Assembly (NCBI RefSeq): GCF_032444005.1
Contig: NC_091290.1
Location: 41,912,001 to 41,976,000, forward strand
Reading direction: 5' to 3'
Length of the DNA stretch: 64,000 nucleotides
Source of the DNA: Ranitomeya imitator
Taxonomy: Eukaryota
Positions 50,415 through 62,947 of this stretch are shown here, in pieces. Both the position numbers and the translations under genes were made by a program. Each line of letters opens with the position of its first letter. The stretch's first letter is position 1. The notes below the pieces were generated by a model. The model saw only the letters and a program-made list of their open reading frames with translations, searched no databases and had not been told where the DNA came from.

Positions 50415-51277
50415 GGCTATGGTCACATGTTCAGTATTTGGTCAGTTTTTTACCTCAGTATTTGTAAGCCAAGACCAGGAGTGGGTGATAAACACAGAAG
50501 TGATGATATGTTTCTATTATTATACGTTTCCTCTGATTGTTCCACTCCTGGTTTTGGCTTACAAATACTGAGGTAAAATTCTGACCAAATACTCAACGTG
50601 CACATGGCCTAAGACTTAAAAAGTTCGAAAAAATCATCCTTGAGACCACGTTCACATGTTGCATATTTGGTGATTTTATTTTTTACCTCAGAATTTGTAA
50701 GCCAAGACCAAGAATGGGTGAAAAATGCCGAAGTGGTGACGAGTTTCTATTATACTTTCCTTCTGATTGTTCCACTCCTGGTTTTGGCTTACAAATACTG
50801 AGGTAAAATAATGACGAAATACTGAATGCGTGAATATGGCCTTAATCCAAGCTTCATCAGTGTTTGGTCCATGATATAGTTTCCCCTATTCACTTCCATG
50901 GTAATCCCGGGCAGCACACGCATTGTACACTGATGCCGTCCATGTGATGTCCACGGACCCGTAGACCTTTTGAGGGTCATTTTAATCTGTGACTAGGATA
51001 AAAAAAAGGACACTTTTTTTTTTCTTTTGTGGACATGCGATCCACAGAAACACTCCAATGTGAACAGCCCCATTGAGTATAAGGCTGCTGTCACACGTTC
51101 AGTATTTGGTCAGTATTTTACATCCGTATTTGTAAGCCAAAACCAGGAGTGGGTGATAAATGCAGAAGTGGTGACGTGTTTCTATTATACTTTTCCTCTA
51201 TTTGTTCCACTCCTGGTTTTTCGCTTACAAATACTGATGTAAAATACTGACCAAATCCTGCTAGTGTGACGGCAGCC
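50415..51277. mobile_element. Cluster of three ~195-200 bp palindromic Harbinger-type MITEs (50415-50609, ~50643-50841, 51083-51277)
   Basis: Shared core TCAGTATTTGTAAGCCAA(A/G)ACCAGGAGT...ACTCCTGGTTTTGGCTTACAAATACTGA; TAA/TTA flanks. Confidence 0.82.
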
Positions 51278-53190
51278 TAATGGGTGCATGTTCTATCCAT
51301 GAAAATTAATGACAGAACATGTATGAGAAAAACGGATGCTATGCTACTGTACATATGGAGTAATGCATATATTTTCTTCCTTCTTTTGGAAGAGATATTG
51401 TATTTTTATTTTTTTTATGCTCCTCTTAATGGCTCACGGTTTATTGCTCTGTGTAGCTGGAATGTGAAAGAGCTTTAAGCAATGTGACCTGCTGATAATG
51501 TAATGGAAAAAATCTATTATTGCTATCCAATAATAATACAATTAATAGCTCATTTGTCCTGGGGAAAGTGACCTAATGGCGTTCTCAGGGTAGAGGGAAA
51601 TAATGTCAGAAATGATGGGTTACACTTGCCCAGATTTTTTTTGTGGACGCTGGTAGTTATCTAACTAGTACAGCATTTGGAGTGACCGCAGACTTGTCAT
51701 TTTAGACCAGACAACACCTTTAACCCCTTCACAACATGACATGCTTGTTGATAAGGAGAAACCGTCCTCAATTGTAGACATTGTTTTAATAAATATCAAG
51801 GTTGGCCAGCGACTTTGTCCAAGTTTTTAATTTTGTCCCTCTGTGTATCTGAGGTTTCACATTTCTGGTCAAAAATATGACCTCCATCAGTCTCTGATGC
51901 GTGCCTACCTGCTGGATAAAGGAGTACTGTATGATCTGGGGCAATGAATAGATCAGCAGGGTCTGCCATTGTGTACAAGCTCAGCACTCCTCTCAGGCCT
52001 GTCCCACACATCCAGATAATTCCGGTACCGGAGTTATCCGTGTCCGTGTGCTCACGTGGCACATCAGTGTGTCACACATGCGGCAGCCGTGTGCCGTCCA
52101 TGTGCCGACTGGGTACCACACGCACCGTGCAGGAGACAGCGCTAGAGTTAAGCGCTGTCCCCTGCTTTGGGTGCTGAATCCAGAATTCATTGCTTCTGTT
52201 TTTTGCCGCGACCAATCAGCGACTTGGATTTCCATGACAGATAGAGGCCGCAACTAATGAATATCCGTGACAGACAGACGGAAGTGACCCTTAGACAATT
52301 ATATAGTAGATACTATGGGATGGACGGGGGAGGAGGAGTGAGGAGCATTCAGCGCAGTGAGAGACCATGCAGATTGGGCAACAGCTTCAATCAACTCACT
52401 TCAGTGCTGGATTCACAGACACACAGCTCAGTACTACTGTATAATATCCTCCATGCTGCTGCTGATTGTCTCTGTGTGCTACTGAGAAAGAAGAGCAGGA
52501 ATCCATCTCTCTGCATGTACTGTGTATAGGAGACATAGCAGATAGTCACCAGCTCAGTGAGATTAGAGGTAGAAAAAAAAACTGCTGAAAAATGCAGGAT
52601 ACATGTCATATATTATATCGAAAAATAGTGGTATTCCTCATGTACCCAGGCATGACGGCTTATTCAGAAATGATACATTAAATAACAGGTAATGTTAGCA
52701 AAACGAACTTTTCGTGTTAAATATTCCATGCAAAAATAATAGTTGAAAACTTAATTTTATAAAGAATGTCCAAGAATATCCTGGACTTACATACTGTATC
52801 TATGACCTATCAGTAGACTAGGTCGTCAATATGAGATCATTGGGGATCCCATATACCAATCAGCAGTGGTCGGATGTAAGAAATGTGGAGCACCACAGCG
52901 CCATACATTGTTTAGTGGCCGCTGCCAAGTACAGCACTTTATCTTCCTTTCAAGCAATCTGATTTTGATGACCTATCTAAATCCTGAACAAGCACCTTTG
53001 AAAAAAAAAATACAAGTAACATTATCAGAAAATGTAAAACATTCTGATTGATAAGTCTTCATTTCAAGAGAAAAGGAGAGAAAATATGCGGCACTCACCC
53101 AGCTTGCGTGAAACTGTGTCTTTAATATACCAACGATCTGGTTACAGACATTTCATTAGGTTCGGCAGGTGACGGTGAGGGGAGTGTGGA

Positions 53191-53235
53191 TGGGACGACG
53201 GCCGTTTCGCGTGATTTGCGCTTCTACGGGTCCAT
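53191..53235 (-). ncRNA. Minimal type I hammerhead ribozyme fold with variant core, in the 3' pseudo-LTR
   Basis: Sense sequence AUGGAC-CCGUAGA-A-GCG-CAAAUCA-CGC-GAAAC-GGCC-GUC-GUCCCA; predicted cut between 53197 and 53196; activity untested. Confidence 0.7.
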
Positions 53236-53605
53236 GTGAGGCTAAAATGATGTCACTTCCTTTATAGAAAAGGTGTGATCATCAAATAATACCAATATTA
53301 TTGCTACATTTTTTTCAAAATACATTTCACAATAAATATTAGTACAAAATTCTATTTTCGCCGATTGCAACAATACAGAAATTACAAAAATATTGCCATA
53401 TCTAACTTGTCATTCAGACCAATTGGTCCTTGGGCATTTGTTTTCATTAACCATTTAGCTTCGTGTTTTAAAAGCAGCTTATTATGATTACCACCCTGGG
53501 GAGGAAATTTAACAATTTCAAGTCCGGCAAACTGCAACAGCTCTGGATTTCCATTGTGCTTTTCTTGCATGTGTTTTATTAAACACATGCATCCTTTGCC
53601 TGTTA

Positions 53606-54014
53606 GGCTACTTTCACACTAGCGTCGTACTCGGCCCGTCGCACTGCGACGGGCCGACGTACCGACGCTAGCAGTGAATGCGCCGCACAACGGGGGCAGC
53701 GGATGCATTTTTCCAGCGCATCCGCTGCTGCATTGTGAGTTGCGGGGAGGTGGGGGCGGAGTTCCGGCCGCGCATGCGCGGTCGGAAATGGCGGACACAA
53801 CGCTGCAAAAAAGTTACATGTAATGTTTTTTGCTGCCGACGGTCCGCCACAACGCGGCGCAACCGTCGCACGACGGTTGCGACGTGTGGCAATGCGACGC
53901 TAATGCAAGTCAATTGAGAAAAAACGCATCCTGCAAGCACTTTTGCAGGATGCGTTTTTTCTACAAAACGACGCATAGCGACGTGCAGTGCACGACACTA
54001 GTGTGAAAGTACCC
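53606..54014. mobile_element. Harbinger-type MITE inserted in the Penelope GIY-YIG domain
   Basis: TTA|GGCTACTTTCACACTAGCGTCG ... CGACACTAGTGTGAAAGTACCC|TTA. Confidence 0.88.
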
Positions 54015-54017
54015 TTA

Positions 54018-54345
54018 GGGTATGTGTCCACGTTCAGGATTGCATCAGGAATTGGTCAGGATTTTACGCAGGAAAAATTTCCCCCAATCTGTACCAGAGG
54101 TCACTGGCAGGTCACCTGCGTTTTTCATGCCTTGTTTGAGCAATGTAAGGACATGCTGCGTTCTGAAAAGACGCGCCACATGTCCGGAATCGCAGGGCCG
54201 CCGGATGCGTGTTACCACGCATAGTGGAGACGGGATTTCATGAAATCCCCTCCACTATGCTGTAACATCTGGACGCTGCGTGTTTAACGCTGCGTCTCTA
54301 TGCAGCGTCAAACACGCAGCGTTTCCTGAACGTGGAAACATACCC
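54018..54345. mobile_element. Second Harbinger-type MITE directly abutting the first
   Basis: TTA|GGGTATGTGTCCACGTTCAGG ... CCTGAACGTGGAAACATACCC|TCA. Confidence 0.85.
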
Positions 54346-56394
54346 TCAGTATGGAATTGTAATGTTCACAAATCTAGTCATTAGGGGCCCAATGGTTTTC
54401 CCTATATAATAATAGTCACAGGGACAGAATATTATATAAACTACAAGTTTACTCTTGCATGTAATAAAATCACGAATCTTATGATTTATCGGTCCAATTT
54501 TCATAGGATTACTTAATTTGTGCAGGTGACAGAAATTACAATTGCCGCACTTAAAATTGCCCTGTGGCATATCTTTATTTAACCAATTGGTTTGCACTGG
54601 CAACAATCTATTGTGCACCAAAAGGTCACTTAGATTTTTCGTGCGTTTATGCGCAAATTGTGGGTTCATCATTGTGATTTTTGACAGCTCCCTATCGCTT
54701 TGTAAAATGTGCCAGTTTTTTTCTGACAGCTGCATACATTTTTTTATCCATTGGACTGTGTGTAAAAACAAAGGTGAATCTCTGGTTGTTTCTCTGATGG
54801 TTCATTTTTTTATGCTTTTTGAGCGACAGTTTTGCTGCTCTATTTTCAGCTTCCTTTAAAAGCTTTAGTGGGAAGCCTCTATTACTGAACCGATTTTTTT
54901 TTAGTTCAGAGACCTGTTCATTATATATGTCATCGTTATTCATTTTTCTGAGCCTAACCATTTGGCTGTATGGAATACTCTTTTTAGTGCGCATTGGATG
55001 CGCACTATTAAAATGCAGCAGATTGTTTGTTGCTGTTGATTTTCTAAAGACTTTAGTATTTATTTATCCTTCAATAACTTCTATTTTAACATCTAAAAAT
55101 TCTAATGAATTATTTCCAAAATTCGAGGTGAAACGCATATTTTCATCATTGTTATTATTCAGACTGGTTACTAAATCGGTGGAAACTTCTTCCGACCCAT
55201 CCCAAATAATAAAAATGTCGTCTGCGAATCTCAGATATGTCTGTATATGTTTTAAGAAGGGGTTGTCAATACTCGTAATGAATTTTTCCTCAAAGGCTGC
55301 TAGGAACAGATTAGCATAAACGCATGCTACCGGCGTACCCATTGCGGTACCTGTCTTTTGTAAATACCACTTATTGATAAACTTGAACGCATTATGGGAA
55401 AGGACAAAGTCTAAACTCTCTAACACAAAGGAGATAAATCCTAAATCTTTACCTGTATTTAGTAGGATTTTATGTATGGCTTCTATTCCCTTTTTTTTGC
55501 GGAATTCTAGTGTATAAGTTCACTATGTCAATAGACGCTAGTGAAAAGCTTGTTTGCCACTCTACTCCTTTTAGAGCTAGTAAGAAATCTCCACTATCTT
55601 TTACAAATGAGGGGATTTTTTTCAGCAACGGTTTTAAGAGCCAGTCCAAAAATTGTGACAGGGGTTCTGTTAGGGAATCTATTCCCGAAATTATTGGGCG
55701 GCCTGGGGGTTTTATTTGGACATTTGTGAATCTTAGGTATGCTGTACCAGTGTGGAATACTCGGGCAGTCTGGAAATAATTTTTCGACTCTGTTTTATGT
55801 TAAAATACCTTTTTCCACGTATTTCTTTAATAGGGTTCGTAATTTTTCCTTACATTTAGCTGTTGGGTCATTACAGAGCGGGAGATATATTTCAGTATCA
55901 TTCAATTGTGACATAGCCTCACTGATGTAATATTTTTTATCCAAAATAACTAAATTCCCTCCCTTGTCTGCTCTTCTTATTATAACGTCATCCCATTTTT
56001 GCATTTCACGAAGTGCTTTTTGTTCATTTGCTGAAAGATTTTTTAGGGGCTCTGGATATATAATTGCCTCAATGTCCTTTAAAACTGCATCGTGAAATAC
56101 ATCAATGACGTTACCTGGGGATATAGGGGGAATGAAATTAGATTTAATATCCCCTTTAAACGGTGCAACCTCAATGTTATTGATATTATCAAATGAATCA
56201 ATTTCTAACTTTTCTAGTTTTTATGATTTTTCACTCAAATTTATTAGTAATAGGGTATCCTCAATATCTCTTATGTCCGGAGGTGGATATGCCATAAAGC
56301 CCAAGTTTCCAATCGAGGCCGGATTGTCCGTTGTCACTGCGGTAGTGTTTATGCCTTTATTATTTATGGGTCCATGACATCATTTTAGCCTCAC

Positions 56395-56440
56395 ATGGAC
56401 CCGTAGAAGCGCAAATCACGCGAAACGGCCGTCGTCCCAT
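56395..56440 (+). ncRNA. Second, identical hammerhead ribozyme fold in the inverted pseudo-LTR
   Basis: Stem I GGAC 56397-400 / GTCC 56434-37; core CCGTAGA 56401-07; stem II GCG/CGC; GAAAC-GGCC-GTC. Confidence 0.7.
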
Positions 56441-58806
56441 CCACACTCCCCTCGCGTCACCTGCCGAACCTAATGAAATGTCTGTAACCAGATCGTTGGT
56501 ATATTAAATACACAGTTTCACGCAAGCTAGGTGAGTGCCGCATATTTTCTCTCCTTTTCTCTTGAAATGAAGACTGAATAACCACATGTTTATATGCAGA
56601 GCACCAACAACCAGTGGGGCGTATCACCGCATGTCAGTAGCAAAAAATTAAACAAAAGGGTGTGAATCGAGAAAGTTTCCTCTACTAGTGGCCATGTTCC
56701 TAGTGCCATTCAGTCTTTTGTCCTCCAAGTTCTGATTGATAAATTCAAGTCCACTGTGAAGGGGTTATCTGACCTTTACTTTGTTTTTTTTTACATTATA
56801 GCTGCAAAAAAATATATATTTACATCTTCTTTCCGGTCTTTGCTTATTAGCAACTGACATGTGACCACTGCAGGCAATCAGTGGTTGCAGTGGTCAACTG
56901 TCATCGCAGCTCAGCGATTGGAGTATGATGCCACGGCCAATGATTGGCTGCAACTATCACGTCCAGGACACTTGTAAATGAAGATATATAGACCTCCAGA
57001 CCCTCATTGCTTGAGATTGGTTACAAAATGTACAACGGTTTTTAAATTGTCACTGCTTTGGTTTCGGCACCAACACCATTGTCTCTCTGTATACAGCGCA
57101 TCTTCCTATCATACCAGCAGGGGGCACTATTAAAATAATATTAGTATAAGAAGATGGTGACTCTGCAGTACCTGAGCCTGTATCGGTTCCTCACAACGTA
57201 TAAGAAGCGTAATATGCAAATGGCAATTTGGACTTAGCCTTAAAGGGGTTTTTCCCATTCACCAATGTGAAGCCTTCAGGCTCAGTGATGTGTAAAATAA
57301 CAAACTGTGCTTTATTTATCCTCCATGGGTACAGAGCTTTCTCCACTGCCGCCTGAGTCTTTGTTGATCGGCTGCAGCTGATGTAGACAGCACGAGCCCC
57401 TGAGCTCAGTGATTGCCTGCAGCCCTGATGTCGTGACAGATGCCTTCTAAAGAATCAGGAGAGGCGCAAAGTGGATTGTGCCTCTGTATGTTCTTCACCA
57501 CAAATCTTACCACAGTCAAGGACTGACGTAAGGAACGCTGCCACTTGTCATGAATTTTATGAGTGGGGGTCACCACGTAAAGCCCTCGTTTTGCCTAACT
57601 CTTTCCACATTTTTTATAGCTAGGCAAAAAAGGTGTGAAAACGCCTAAAGTTGCAAAATGTTAGTAATGTTATTGTTGGGACTAGCCCATGGTGGGTGGA
57701 GGTTTGCAAGGTTGGAAAAGGGACTTACTTCCTGGTGGTTAGTCGGCTAGGGAAGTGCAATGAAAAGGTTACTTGGGAGGCCGTACTAGAATCTTGTGCA
57801 GACATTCCGGCAACGCACAGAGCCGAAGGCCCGGCATAGGGGCTAAAGGGTGTATTGTGTCCTCTCACGCACAGAGGAAGATGGACATGGAAATGTGTGA
57901 GGGGAAGTTAATGGATCCCGGGTGCACTGCAGAACCGGACCAGATATCTCTGTGGCTGAAGGAGTCAGTGAGCATAGAGATAGTCCAGAAGGAATGAATG
58001 GTAGGGTTGAAGATGTGTTGTGCTGAGGAACTAAGGAATAAGAAGTGTTGTTCCATATCACACGTTACAATCCGATGAATTTTCACTGTCTAGTGAACTT
58101 CTGTTTGGTGAAATTAACTCAGTGTCCCCTAAGTTGTGTGTGGTGGCTCCTGAAGATGGAGGACAGAGGAGGCCTGCGGCCTACAAGTGAGTGTGATGCC
58201 CCCACACCTGACCGCACCCTGGGGCTGGGACATGGTTTCTTTCTGTAAAGTGCCAGAGCGTAACGGGACAGAAGCTCGATCATTACTACCGCAGTCGCGC
58301 ACTATACACTATTACCAAAAGACAGAGAACAGTTTGTCACCAGGTCACATAGCATTGCCATCAGAGTTAGCACGTTTACATTCATCACCTAGCAAGTATT
58401 GTGCATCGGTGCTAATATTTAGAATAGGATCGGTGTATGATATTCTCAGATCATATGGTCGTGTATACAAAACTTGCTTTGTGTCATAGAATCACCTTAG
58501 TAACTACAGGGTGGGCCATTTATATGGATACACCTGGGTGGGCCATTTATAAAGTTGGATCCAACATGGCCGAATTCAAAATGGCCTCCATGGTCACCAT
58601 CCATCTTGAAAAGTTTTCCCCCCTCCCATATACTAATGTGCCACAAACAGGAAGCTGAAATTACCAACCATTCCCATTTTATTTAGGTGTATCCATATAC
58701 ACGGCCCACCCATGTCTATCCATATAAATGGCTCACCCTGTATAACCCTCAGCTACTCAACTATGCAACTCAGCTACATTACCACAGTGAGACCCTAGGC
58801 CTACTT

Positions 58807-59189
58807 AAGGGTATGTGCACACGTTGCAGTTTCCTGCATATCCGCAACGTTTTTTACCGTGCAGAAACACTGTGGATCCGCAAGTGATTTACAGTACAAT
58901 GTAAATCAATGAAAAAAAAAAATGCTGTGCTAATGGTACGGAAAATTCCGTGCTGAAACGCTGCGGATTAAAAGAAGTAGCATGTCACTTCTTTTTTGCG
59001 GATCTGCAGCGTTTTTGTACCCATTCCATTATGGAAAACTGCAGGGGTAAAAAACGCAGAAAATCCGCAAAAAATCCGCAGCAAAAACGCACAAAAAAAG
59101 CGTCAAATCCACACCTGCGTTTTCTGCCAAGAGATGCAGAATCCGCACCAATAATTCCTAAACCTAATCCGCAAAGAGGGCACATAGCC
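58807..59189. mobile_element. Harbinger-type MITE (GGGTATGTGCACAC family)
   Basis: TAA|GGGTATGTGCACACG ... GGGCACATAGCC|TTA. Confidence 0.8.
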
Positions 59190-59460
59190 TTAGGCCGGCG
59201 TCACACTCGGCGTAAGACAATACGGGCCGTATATTACGGCCGTAATACGCTGAAAAGTCCCCAAAATAGTGGTCCGTAGCTCCTCCGTAGGCAGGGTGTG
59301 TCAGCGTATTTTTCGCATGGCATCCTCCGTATGTAATCCGTATGGCATCCGTACTGCGTGTTTTTATCGCAGGCTTGCAAAACCGACCGACATACGGCTA
59401 TACAAGGGATCCATGTGTAAAAAACCCCCATAAAACATATATACTGTATATATATATATA

Positions 59461-61335
59461 TGTCAGTAGACACATATATGTATATATATTAATATTTCAT
59501 ACAGCGCAAGATAGCTTTAAAGCCGTAATTCAATTGCCGGCTTTTGCTATCTCCTTCCTAAACCCGACATGATATGAGACATGGTTTACATACAGTAAAC
59601 CATGTCATATCACCTTTTTTTTTTTGCATATTCCACACTACTAATGTTAGTAGTGTGTATATGCAAAATTTGGCCGTTCTAGCTATTAAATTAAAGGGTT
59701 AAATGGCGGAAAAAATTGGCGTGAGCTCCCGCGCAATTTTCTCCGCCAGAGTAGTAAAGCCAGTGACTGAGGGCAGATATTAATAGCCTGGCGAGGGTCC
59801 ACGGTTATTGCCTCTCCCCCCTGGCTAAAAACATCTGCCCCCAGCCACCCCAGAAAAGGCACATCTGGAAGATGCGCCTATTCTGGCACTTGGCCACTCT
59901 CTTCCCATTCCCGTGTAGCGGTGGGATATGGGGTAATGAAGAGTTAATGCCACCTTGCTATTGTAAGGTGACATTAAGCCAAATTAATAATGGAGAGGCG
60001 TCAATTATGACACCTATCCATTATTAATCCAATAGTAGTAAAGGGTTAAAAAAAAAACACAAACACATTATTTAAAAGTATTTTAATGAAATAAAAACAA
60101 AGGTTGTTGTAATATTTTATTCTACGCTCAATCCATCTGAAGACCCTCGCTCTGTAACAAAGAAAAAATAATAAACCAACAATATACATACCTTCCGAAG
60201 ATCTGTAACATCCCACGATGTAAATCCATCTGAAGGGGTTAAAATATTTTACAGCCAGGAGCTCTGCTAATGCAGCGGTGCTCGTGGCTGCAAAACCCCG
60301 GGGAATGAAGGTAAAGTAGGTCAATGACCTATATTTACCTTCATTTGCGGTGAGGCGCCCTCTGCTGGTTGTCCTCATATGAGCTCGAGCCTGGGAGCTT
60401 TCTAGGAAAGTTCCCACGCTCGAGGAACAACCAGCAGAGGGCGCCTCACCGCGAATGAAGGTAACTATAGGTCATTGACCTACTTTACCTTCATTCCCCG
60501 GGGTTTTGCAGCCACTAGTACCTCTGCATTAGTAGAGCTCCTGGCTGTAAAATATTTTAACCCCTTCAGATGGATTTACATCGTGGGACGTTACAGATCT
60601 TCGGAAGGTATGTATATTGTTGGTTTATTATTTTTTCTTTGTTACAGAGCGAGGGTCTTCAGATGGATTGAGCGTAGAATAAAATATTACAACAACCTTT
60701 GTTTTTATTTCATTAAAATACTTTTAAATAATGTGTTTGTGTTTTTTTTTAACCCTTTACTACTATTGGATTAATAATGGATAGGTGTCAGAATTGACAC
60801 TTCTCCATTATTAATCTGGCTTAATGTCACCTTACAATAGCAAGGTGGCATTAACCCTTCATTACCCCATACCCCACCGCTACAGGGGAGTGGGAAGAGA
60901 GTGGCCAAGTGCCAGAATAGGCGCATCTTCCAGATGTGCCTTTTCTGGGGTGGCTGGGGGCAGATGTTTTTAGCCAGGGGGGGGCCAATAACCATGGACC
61001 CTCTCCAGGCTATTAATATCTGCCCTCAGTCACTGGCTTTACTACTCTGGCAGAGAAAATTGCACGGGAGCCCACGCCAATTTTTTCCGCCATTTAACCC
61101 TTTAATTTAATAGCTAGAACGGCCAAATTTTGCACATACACACTACTAACATTAGTAGTGTGGAATATGCAAAAAAAAAGGTGATATGAGATGGTTTACT
61201 GTATGTAAACCATGTCTCATATCATGTCGGGTTTGGGAAGGAGATAGCAAAAGCCGGCAATTGAATTACCGGCTTTAAAGCTATCTTGCGCTGTATGAAA
61301 TAATAATATATATACATATATGTGTCTCACTGACA
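59461..61335. repeat. 1.9-kb foldback (inverted repeat with ~940-bp arms and almost no loop)
   Basis: TGTCAGT.GACACATAT ... ATATGTGTCTCACTGACA; symmetry centre CTTTCT-A-GGAAAG at ~60404; flanked by (TA)n. Confidence 0.92.
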
Positions 61336-61349
61336 TATATATATATATA

Positions 61350-62947
61350 CAGTGGGGCAAAAAAGTATTTAGTCAGTCAGCAATAGTGCAAGTTCCACCA
61401 CTTAAAAAGATGAGAGGCGTCTGTAATTTACATCATAGGTAGACCTCAACTGTGGGAGAAAAACTGAGAAATAAAAATCCAGAAAATCACATTGTCTGTT
61501 TTTTTATTTTTTTTGCATATTATGGTGGAAAATAAGTATTTGGTCAGAAACAAACAATCAAGATTTCTGGCTCTCACAGACCTGTAACTTCTTCTTTAAG
61601 AGTCTCCTCTTTCCTCCACTCATTACCTGTAGTAATGGCACCTGTTTAAACTTGTTATCAGTATAAAAAGACACCTGTGCACACCCTCAAACAGTCTGAC
61701 TCCAAACTCCACTATGGTGAAGACCAAAGAGCTGTCAAAGGACACCAGAAACAAAATTGTAGCCCTGCACCAGGCTGGGAAGACTGAATCTGCAATAGCC
61801 AACCAGCTTGGAGTGAAGAAATCAACAGTGGGAGCAATAATTAGAAAATGGAAGACATACAAGACCACTGATAATCTCCCTCGATCTGGGGCTCCACGCA
61901 AAATCCCACCCCGTGGGGTCAGAATGATCACAAGAACGGTGAGCAAAAATCCCAGAACCACGCAGGGGGACCTAGTGAATGAACTTCAGAGAGCTGGGAC
62001 CAATGTAACAAGGCCTACCATAAGTAACACACTATGCCACCATGGACTCAGATCCTGCAGTGCCAGACGTGTCCCACTGCTTAAGCCAGTACATGTCCGG
62101 GCTCGTCTGAAGTTTGCTAGAGAGCATTTGGAAGATCCAGAGGAGTTATGGTAGAATGTCCTATAGTCTGATGAAACCAAACTGGAACTGTTTGGTAGAA
62201 ACACAACTTGTCGTGTTTGGAGGAAAAAGAATACTGAGTTGCATCCATCAAACACCATACCTACTGTAAAGCATGGTGGTGGAAACATCATGCTTTGGGG
62301 CTGTTTCTCTGCAAAGGGGCCAGGACGACTGATCCGGGTACATGAAAGAATGAATGGGGCCATGTATCATGAGATTTTGAGTGCAAACCTTCCATCAGCA
62401 AGGGCATTGAAGATGAAACGTGGCTGGGTCTTTCAACATGACAATGATCCAAAGCACACCGCCAGGGCAACGAAGGAGTGGCTTCGTAAGAAGCATTTCA
62501 AGGTCCTGGAGTGGCCTAGCCAGTCTCCAGATCTCAACCCTATAGAAAACCTTTGGAGGGAGTTGAAAGTCTGTGTTGCCAAGCGAAAAGCCAAAAACAT
62601 CACTGCTCTAGAGGAGATCTGCATGGAGGAATGGGCCAACATACCAACAACAGTGTGTGGCAACCTTGTGAAGACTTACAGAAAATGTTTGACCTCTGTC
62701 ATTGCCAACAAAGGATATATTACAAAGTATTGAGATGAAATTTTGTTTCTGACCAAATACTTATTTTCCACCATAATATGCAAATAAAATGTTAAAAAAA
62801 ACAGACAATGTGATTTTCTGGATTTTTTTTTCTCAGTTTGTCTCCCATAGTTGAGGTCTACCTATGATGTAAATTACAGACGCCTCTCATCTTTTTAAGT
62901 GGTGGAACTTGCACTATTGCTGACTGACTAAATACTTTTTTGCCCCA

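Larger units (their letters stand above)
53054..56575 (-). mobile_element. Penelope-like retroelement (RT + GIY-YIG; probably Neptune-type), 5'-truncated with inverted pseudo-LTRs; ORF disrupted
   Basis: IIRRADKGGNLVILD, PKIHK, GTAMGTPVACVYANLFL, YLRFADDIF, LEFLDV RT motifs; Cys-rich linker CGNCNFC; VVYIIFCPCDYYYIGKT nuclease; E.KW...NAQGPIGLN C-terminus ending at 53382. Confidence 0.93.

Noticed and set aside
57650-58100. Possible exon of another gene (a minus-strand GAA|GTAAGT donor near 57725 and short ORFs on both strands)
   Set aside because: No recognisable homology to expected neighbours (e.g. VPS51, TMEM262) and no consistent partner exons found; needs RNA-seq.
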